A DNA stretch of 64,000 nucleotides from Ostreococcus lucimarinus (lineage: Eukaryota), in the NCBI GenBank assembly GCA_000092065.1, contig CP000592.1; one strand, 5' to 3'. Of the stretch, positions 57,677 through 64,000 are shown in pieces. Made by a program: the position numbers and the translations under genes. The stretch's first letter is position 1, and every line of letters starts with the position of its first letter. The notes under the pieces were generated by a model that saw nothing but the letters and a program-made list of their open reading frames with translations, did no database searches and was not told the DNA's origin.

Positions 57677-60600
57677 ATGATGGCGACGACGACGACGACG
57701 GCGACGGCGACGCGAGCGACGCGGGCGCGGAGCCGCGGGAACGGGCGACGCGATGGGAACGTCGGACGACGACGATGCGTGGTGCGCGCGGAGGCGAGGA
57801 CGGGAGCGACGCGCGAGGAGGCGGGGAGAGACGGGGGACGCGCGCGACGGGCGACGACGAAGCGCGCGACGAGAGGGCGGGACGCGCGCGTCTGGGCGAG
57901 CGAACAGGACGTGGAACCGTTGAAACCGATGACGGCGGATGAGGCGGAGGCGATGGCGAGGGAGATTAGCAGGCTTCGAGAGGAGCAGCGGGAGGGGGCG
58001 CGGCGATTGAAGACGGCGGAGGCGGACAGCGCGGAGGGCGAGGCGCAGGCGAAAGCCATGGCTGAACAGGCGGTGTTAGCGACGGAGGCGTACGAGAAGG
58101 ACGATGAGTTAGCCACGAGCGCGATGAAGAGCGCGCAAGAGGCGAGCAAGGCGGTGGTGGAAGCTGTGGCGCTTTCGGACGCCGTCGCCGAACGTATGCG
58201 GCGAGTGGAAGAAGCCGTGGTGCAGGCGCGATTGGTGCCCTCCGAAGACGGCGCGGAACAGAGTGATGACGTCCTGAGTGTGGTCAAGTTTAAGCGCCCG
58301 AACAAAGAGTCCGATGCGGAGACGTTGGCGCGAAAGATGGGCGTGCTTCCCGAGACGTCGTGGTGGGACGAGGACGATTTGAGCCTCGCCGAGGCGAGCG
58401 AACGCTCAAAGTCGGCGTTCGAGGCTGCGGATTTTGTTCGTAAAGAAACGCAGGCGGAATTGACGAAGCGCGAGGCGTTCGCAGAGGAGTGCGCGACGAA
58501 GGCGCAGAGATCGTTGCAGTTGTCGCTGAGCGCGCACGAGAGCGCGGATCAAGCCATGGAGAAGGTTGCGTCAAAGATGCAAGCCATGGTGGCGCTGAGC
58601 GAGAGCGTGGGGGCTCTCGAGAAGGAGATCAACGATAAACAAGCGTTAATTGATGGCGTCAAGTTCGACGAAGCGTCCGTAACCGAAATGATGTCGGCGA
58701 AGACCAAGGCAGACATCAAGGCGGAGGCGGTGCAAGAACTCGCGGTCAAGCGCGCGGAAAAGGTGGAAGAGAAGGAAGCGCAAGAAGCTGCGGAGGGCAC
58801 GGACGACCAATCGGTGAAAAAGTCGAGTAAGTTCATGCCCGCGGGCTACTTCTCCACTGCCGAACAAGATGGACCGACGGAAGAGACGATCATTAAAAAG
58901 ATTTTCACCGGCTTGTTGTTGCTGGGCACCGCGACGTTGATGCTTCCTATGCCGAAATGCAAGGCGGTGCGTGCGCAGATTGGAACTTCGCTCGTCCGAG
59001 CAGGCAGCGCGGCGAAATCAACAACGGGAGTGTTGCGACGAGGTGCGGCTGACATCATCGAACGCGTCGTTCCGGCGAGTGAGCGCGAATTGGCTGCGCA
59101 CGCGGCCCACGAAGCCGAAGAAACAGGCATGTCAGATTTACTTTGGCTCTTGTTCACGTCCGTGCTCGCGGTGACAATCGTGAGCAAAATTCCGGGCGGT
59201 TCACCCGTGTTAGGGTTCCTCGTCGGTGGTGCCCTCGTCGGTCCGTTCGGTCTCGGAATCATCCAGCACGTCGAACAAGTCAAGGTGCTCGCCGAATTCG
59301 GCGTCGTTTTCCTTCTCTTCAACATCGGTCTCGAGCTTTCGTATGATCGTCTCGTGTCCATGGCCAAGTATATTTTCGGACTTGGCTCGTCGCAGATGAT
59401 GCTGAGCACCGCAGTTGGTGCCGCTGTCGCCGTTGCGTGCGGGTTGGCCATACCTCCAGCGGTGATTGTTGGCTTGGGACTCGCGTTTTCTTCCACCGCC
59501 GTTGCGTTGCAAGTGCTCGCCGACAGAGGCGAGTCCGCGAGTCGCCACGGTCGCGCGACGTTTTCCGTGTTGCTTTTTCAAGATTTAACTGTTGTTTTGG
59601 TCTTCATGCTCGTTCCGTTATTGGCTGGTCCCGATAGCGGGAGTCTTACTGCCATCGGCGGCTCGTTACTCAAAGCCGTCGTAAAGACGGCTGCCGCCAT
59701 CGTTTCCATCATTGGTCTCGGTCGCGTGGTTTTACGACCAGTTTTCGATCGCGTCGCAAAATTGCGCCAAGCCGAGCTCATGAGTGCGACGACGTTGTTT
59801 GTTGCGCTCGGCACGTCGCTCTTGACGCAGTCGCTAGGATTATCCATGGCGCTCGGCGCGTTTTTGGCTGGCTTACTTTTGGCGGAGACGGAATTTCATT
59901 TACAAGTCGAAAACGATATCGCGCCGTTCAGAGGGCTTCTGCTCGGTTTATTCTTCATGACAGTCGGGATGACCATCGACCCGATGACGTTCACGCAGAG
60001 TGCGGGCAACATAGTGAGCATGATGGCGGCGATCTTAATCGGCAAAATCGCCGTCGTCGCCGCCGTCGGTCCCATGTTCGGGTTGTCGCTCTTGAATTGT
60101 ATTCGCGCCGGTATGTACATCGGTCCTGGCGGAGAGTTTGCCTTCGTGACTTTTGCCGAAGCGGTTCGTGTCGGTTTATTCAGCCCTGATCTCGCGACGC
60201 AGCTCAACTTGGCTGTGGTGCTTACGATGGCCATCACGCCCTACCTCGCCGAGGTCGGTAACAGCATGAAGGACGTGTGGAAGAGTGGTAACGTCGCTAC
60301 GCTGCAACCAAAGGAAAACGAAGTGGACGACTTGAAAGGTCACGTCATTTTGGCCGGGTACGGCCGTAACGGCAAGATTATCGGCGAGATTCTCAGTGCG
60401 AATATGATTCCATTCGTAGCGTTGGACGTGAATCCAGAAATCGTCAGCGAAGGTCGCGCCGCCGATCAAAACGTATACTTCGGCGATGCGGGCTCGCCTG
60501 AAGTGCTCAGAGCCATCGGCGCCGCTCGCGCGTCTTGTGCTATCGTCGCCCTCAGTTCGCCGGCCGCGAACTATCGCGCCGTGTGGTCGTTGACGAAGAA

Positions 60601-60910
60601 CTTTAGCAACATCCACACGTACGTAAGAGCCGAAGGCGTCGAGGGTGGTTTGATTCTCGAAAAGGCGGGCGCGAAAGCCGTCGTTCCGGAGGCCCTCGAA
60701 CCGTCCCTTCAGCTCGCCGCCGCATGTTTGCGCGAGCAGAAAATGTCGCCGCAAGACATCAGTGTGGCGATTGACAACTACAGACGAAGTCATCTCAAGA
60801 GTTTGTCATCGCGCAAATTTTCCGCCGACTATTCCAGCGTCAACTACGGCGGCGTCGGTCAGTCCCTTGATATGTCTTCGACCGACGAAGCTGAAGTCGC
60901 ATCCGCGTAG
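57677..60910 (+). CDS. KEA: KEA1/KEA2-type K+ efflux antiporter (CPA2 Na_H exchanger domain + KTN/TrkA-N) with long coiled-coil N-terminal region and transit peptide
   Basis: A multi-TM KefB/KefC-like core is followed by a KTN domain (GHVILAGYGRNGKIIGEIL...). The N-terminal roughly 380 aa are a Glu/Ala-rich coiled coil. I chose the ATG at 57677 (MMATTTTTATATRATRA), and the track ORF starts at 57485. Confidence 0.85.
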   Translation: MMATTTTTATATRATRARSRGNGRRDGNVGRRRCVVRAEARTGATREEAGRDGGRARRATTKRATRGRDARVWASEQDVEPLKPMTADEAEAMAREISRLREEQREGARRLKTAEADSAEGEAQAKAMAEQAVLATEAYEKDDELATSAMKSAQEASKAVVEAVALSDAVAERMRRVEEAVVQARLVPSEDGAEQSDDVLSVVKFKRPNKESDAETLARKMGVLPETSWWDEDDLSLAEASERSKSAFEAADFVRKETQAELTKREAFAEECATKAQRSLQLSLSAHESADQAMEKVASKMQAMVALSESVGALEKEINDKQALIDGVKFDEASVTEMMSAKTKADIKAEAVQELAVKRAEKVEEKEAQEAAEGTDDQSVKKSSKFMPAGYFSTAEQDGPTEETIIKKIFTGLLLLGTATLMLPMPKCKAVRAQIGTSLVRAGSAAKSTTGVLRRGAADIIERVVPASERELAAHAAHEAEETGMSDLLWLLFTSVLAVTIVSKIPGGSPVLGFLVGGALVGPFGLGIIQHVEQVKVLAEFGVVFLLFNIGLELSYDRLVSMAKYIFGLGSSQMMLSTAVGAAVAVACGLAIPPAVIVGLGLAFSSTAVALQVLADRGESASRHGRATFSVLLFQDLTVVLVFMLVPLLAGPDSGSLTAIGGSLLKAVVKTAAAIVSIIGLGRVVLRPVFDRVAKLRQAELMSATTLFVALGTSLLTQSLGLSMALGAFLAGLLLAETEFHLQVENDIAPFRGLLLGLFFMTVGMTIDPMTFTQSAGNIVSMMAAILIGKIAVVAAVGPMFGLSLLNCIRAGMYIGPGGEFAFVTFAEAVRVGLFSPDLATQLNLAVVLTMAITPYLAEVGNSMKDVWKSGNVATLQPKENEVDDLKGHVILAGYGRNGKIIGEILSANMIPFVALDVNPEIVSEGRAADQNVYFGDAGSPEVLRAIGAARASCAIVALSSPAANYRAVWSLTKNFSNIHTYVRAEGVEGGLILEKAGAKAVVPEALEPSLQLAAACLREQKMSPQDISVAIDNYRRSHLKSLSSRKFSADYSSVNYGGVGQSLDMSSTDEAEVASA

Positions 60911-60997
60911 ATCACTTTCCACATTCATTCTTCTTTTTTTTTGAAGTTTAATTTACTACATCTCTAAATCTTTCCTGGTCGTCACGTCGCTATGCTA

Positions 60998-61931
60998 TCA
61001 GCCCATTCTAAACAAGACTTGTTTTTTCCCCTTCTTCTTCCCAGAGCGGGACGAATCGCCTTCGATCGCAGTCTCCGTCAGCGCCGCCGCGCGGGCACCC
61101 CATAGGGGTGGCGGCGCCACCGGCGCCGATGAACCGAGTGCTGGTCCGAAACTTTCCGTGTTGAAGTTCAAACTTGGACCCCCAGAGGCGAAGCCCAATC
61201 CAACGATGTTGGAAAACGAACGCCCACCCGGGCCGCGAGCGTTTTGCACTTCCTCGTACATCGACATACGCTCCATCTCCTCTTCGGCTTCCTCCGCGAG
61301 TTGTCTCGCGATGGCGGCGTCCATGGACGTATCTGGCGTCAATTTACCTGTGGCGCCCAACTCCGGCATGGCGTCGCGAATCGATTTAGCGAACGGTTGT
61401 GAATTCACCTTTGCCGTCGCCTCAGCGCGTTTCTCCTTTGCCTTGGCGCGCGCCGCCGCCGCGTTCTTCTGCGAACGTCGCTTCGCTCGCTGTCGTAACT
61501 CACTTCCCGCTGGTCCGTCCAAGACTTTCTTTGAAACGAGTGATTTCATGTCCAGTTCCACCATCACAAATTCCGTGGTCAGCGGCAAGTGGCGCAAATG
61601 CGCGGCGCGTCGACGTACGTCTTCGTCTTGCGTTCGATGCTCGAGCTCGATGACAGTACCTTCGATTTCGAGCGGGAGCGCCTCGTACGCACCGAATTGC
61701 TCCAGCAGTACGCGCATGCAAGCGCCGTGGAGTAAAACTTGCTGACCATCTGGGGCTTGGTAAAAGTAATAAACATCCGTTCGCTGATCGCTCGTCGGCG
61801 TCGCGGTCGGCGCCACCGTCGGTGGCGACGACGTCGATACGGTGAGAGGCGTCCGTCGCGAGACGGTAGTCGCGTCGGCTTCACGCTTGCTCGCACCGGG
61901 AGAATCCTCCGCGGACGGTTCGGAATCCGAT

Positions 61932-61963
<32 letters not shown>

Positions 61964-62731
61964 ATCCGTGAACGCAGATTCCACGCGCACCTTTGAACCT
62001 TTCAAATACGCCATATTCTTCCCCGGCGGTGGTAACGACGGGAACGCCTCCTCGCGTGGCGTACTTTTCGGCGCCGGCGCCGGCGTCGGCGCGACGACGC
62101 CCGCGGGCGGCGCCCGCGGCTTGGGCGCCGCCACGCCCTCGCTCGCGCATCGCCGCTCCACCCATCGATCGAGCCTTCGCGTTAGGGCGTCGATCGACGC
62201 CAGCGCGAACGGCAACTCGCTCGCCGCGTCGATTTCGCTTTGCTCCGTCAACACGGCGACGTACGATTCGAGGGATTCCAACTCTTGCGTCGCGATGGCG
62301 ACTTCCTCGCTCGTGAGCGTGTACTTCGCGAACGCGTCGCATCCACAATCCGGTAGCGCTCTCGGCCACGCCTCCGACGCCGGCGGCGGCGTCCCTTTCG
62401 CCGTGCGTCGCGCCGGTACGTTTGAATCCCGTCTCCGCGCCATCAACGCAAACTTTTGCGTCCTCCCCGCGCTCGGCGGCGCGATCAACCGCCGCGACAC
62501 CGACCGCAAATCCCCCAATCGAATCTCCGCGAAACACATCGGGCACTTCGCCGGCGTCCCCCGGTCCCTCGTCGTCAGCACGTGCCGCGCGACGCACGGA
62601 AAACAAAACGCGTGTCCGCACGTCGTCGTCTGCGGCGCGATCGCCCCCGCGCCGTCCTCCAGGCACACCGGACACGAAAACGCCTCCGCGCTCGCCACGT
62701 CCACGCGCACGACGTCCTCCCACGACGCCAT
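60998..62731 (-). CDS. RNF10: RNF10/Mag2-family RING E3 ubiquitin ligase
   Basis: The C3HC4 RING is CPVCLEDGAG...CGHAFCFPCVARH...CPMC. The family-specific block YYFYQAPDGQQVLLHGACMRVLLEQFG and an acidic tract are present. I chose the ATG at 62731, and the protein may extend to 63067. Confidence 0.65.
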
Positions 62732-63261
62732 GCGATCCGCGTCCCTCGAGCTCGCGCGCAGATCCGCGCTGTCCGCCACCAAAAACCGAAAATTCGCCTG
62801 CAAGAAGAGCGCCCGCGAGCTGGAGCGCGCGCCTCGCGGCTTTCGTCGTCTCGCCTCGCGCTCGGAGCGCGCGCCGCGTCGTTCGCGCCGCGTCGCGCGC
62901 GCCTCCGGTCGCTCGCGCGGCGCGAAGCACAGCAGAAAGTCCGCGCGCTGGCCCTTGCGTCCGCGCGTCGTCGGCGCGAACGCGCGCGCCGACGCGTCGA
63001 GCGCCGTCGACGACGACGCCGCGGGACGCCCAAGCGCGTCGCCGGCGTCGTCGTCGTCGGCGCGCATCGCGAGTTCGCGCCGCGGTGTCGCGAATCATCC
63101 ATCGCCATCGATCGACGCGCGGTTTCGTCGCTCGCGTCGCGATCCGACGCGCCGCGTCGACTCGAACCCGCGCGTCGCTCGAACCCGCGCGTCTTCGCGC
63201 CGGATTTCGCGCCCGTGCGACGCGCGCGACGCCGATCGCGCGCGATTTCGTCGACGGATTC

Positions 63262-64000
63262 ATGACGCGCGCGCATTCGTGCGCGCGGTGTAAACGCGCG
63301 GCGTACGACGCGGAGAGCGTCGACGTCGACGCGCGAACGCGGTACCACGCGGCGTGTTTCAAGTGCGCGGACTGCGGCGCGCGGTGCGCGATCGCGACGT
63401 TCGTGAAGATCGGCGAGGAGGTGTACTGCCGGCGGCACGCGCTGGAGCGCGACGTGCGGCGAAAGCCGGCGCTGGGCGCGGACGCGCTGGAGATCGCGAC
63501 GTACGCGAATCGACGGACGACGACGGCGAGGGAATGGGTGAAAACGGAGACGGAGGGTGCGGCGACGGGACGCGGGACGTCGGCGACGGCGCGCGCGACG
63601 GGGGGGACCGCGGGAAGCGCGACGGCGGCGCTGACGCGGTCGGCGTGCGAGCGGTGCGGAAAGGCGGCGTACCCGATCGAGTCGGTGGACGTCGACGGGA
63701 AGAAGTGGCACCGGGCGGGGTGTTTTAAGTGCGCGACGTGCGGGGTGGCGCTGAGTTTGACGACGTTCGTGAAGTTTGACGGGGAGTTGTATTGCCGGCG
63801 GGACGCGCCGAAGAGCGCGCCGTCGTTTGAACGCGAGAGCTCGTCGGCGGGGATCGAGATTGAGATCGAGAGCGCGCCGGTGAAGGCGATGAGCGTCGCG
63901 GACGAGATCGTGGTTGAAAAGGCGGCGGCGGTGGAAGAGCGGGCGGCGGCCGAAATCGCCGCGACCGCGGACGAGATTGAAATCGAAGCGAGCGAAAATG
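63262..64000 (+). CDS. plant-type two-LIM-domain protein (CRP/WLIM-like), 3' partial, runs off window
   Basis: Two LIM domains are seen: CARCKRAAYDAESVDVDARTRYHAACFKCADCGARCAIATFVKIGEEVYCRRH and CERCGKAAYPIESVDVDGKKWHRAGCFKCATCGVALSLTTFVKFDGELYCRR. The frame is open to the window end, so it is absent from the ORF track. The ATG at 63262 was verified. Confidence 0.65.
   Translation, partial: MTRAHSCARCKRAAYDAESVDVDARTRYHAACFKCADCGARCAIATFVKIGEEVYCRRHALERDVRRKPALGADALEIATYANRRTTTAREWVKTETEGAATGRGTSATARATGGTAGSATAALTRSACERCGKAAYPIESVDVDGKKWHRAGCFKCATCGVALSLTTFVKFDGELYCRRDAPKSAPSFERESSSAGIEIEIESAPVKAMSVADEIVVEKAAAVEERAAAEIAATADEIEIEASEN

Noticed and set aside
61962-63711. 466-aa and 378-aa minus-strand Arg-rich ORFs
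   Set aside because: They overlap the RNF10 gene and the LIM-domain gene in the wrong frame or strand. They are composition artefacts.

Overview
This window is compact nuclear DNA from a very GC-rich eukaryote with strongly GC-biased third codon positions, most consistent with a Mamiellophyceae-type green picoalga (Micromonas-like); that assignment is inference from composition and gene content. I recognise about 37 protein-coding genes on both strands, mostly intronless single ORFs, and I reconstructed only two spliced genes by hand. Bacterial-looking genes (RlmN, RecX, RNase HII, MlaE/TGD1, RelA-SpoT) sit among clearly eukaryotic ones (TOM20, Sec24, PPIL4, SIZ1/PIAS, XPG, RFC, RPL13a). Several carry transit-peptide-like N-termini, so I read them as organelle-targeted nuclear genes rather than a prokaryotic locus. 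The Arg-rich ORFs that are antisense to or overlap real genes in the track are composition artefacts. The track also calls GTG/TTG starts as M, so I re-checked starts for ATG where possible. The most unusual item is a spliced gene (25611..28599, minus strand) whose product joins a MORC GHKL ATPase, a bromodomain and a methyl-CpG-binding domain in one chain. Other items worth a second look: a membrane-anchored CotH-kinase-like protein; a Gly-rich cysteine-module surface protein carrying a long near-pure (GCC)n tract; a GH5 glycosidase with two families of perfect tandem repeats; an XPG nuclease with two UIM-like motifs; a three-exon RPL13a gene whose first exon is three codons; and an AGACTGAC branch-site-like motif shared by all three introns I could define. 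No rRNA, convincing tRNA, CRISPR array or transposon was found.
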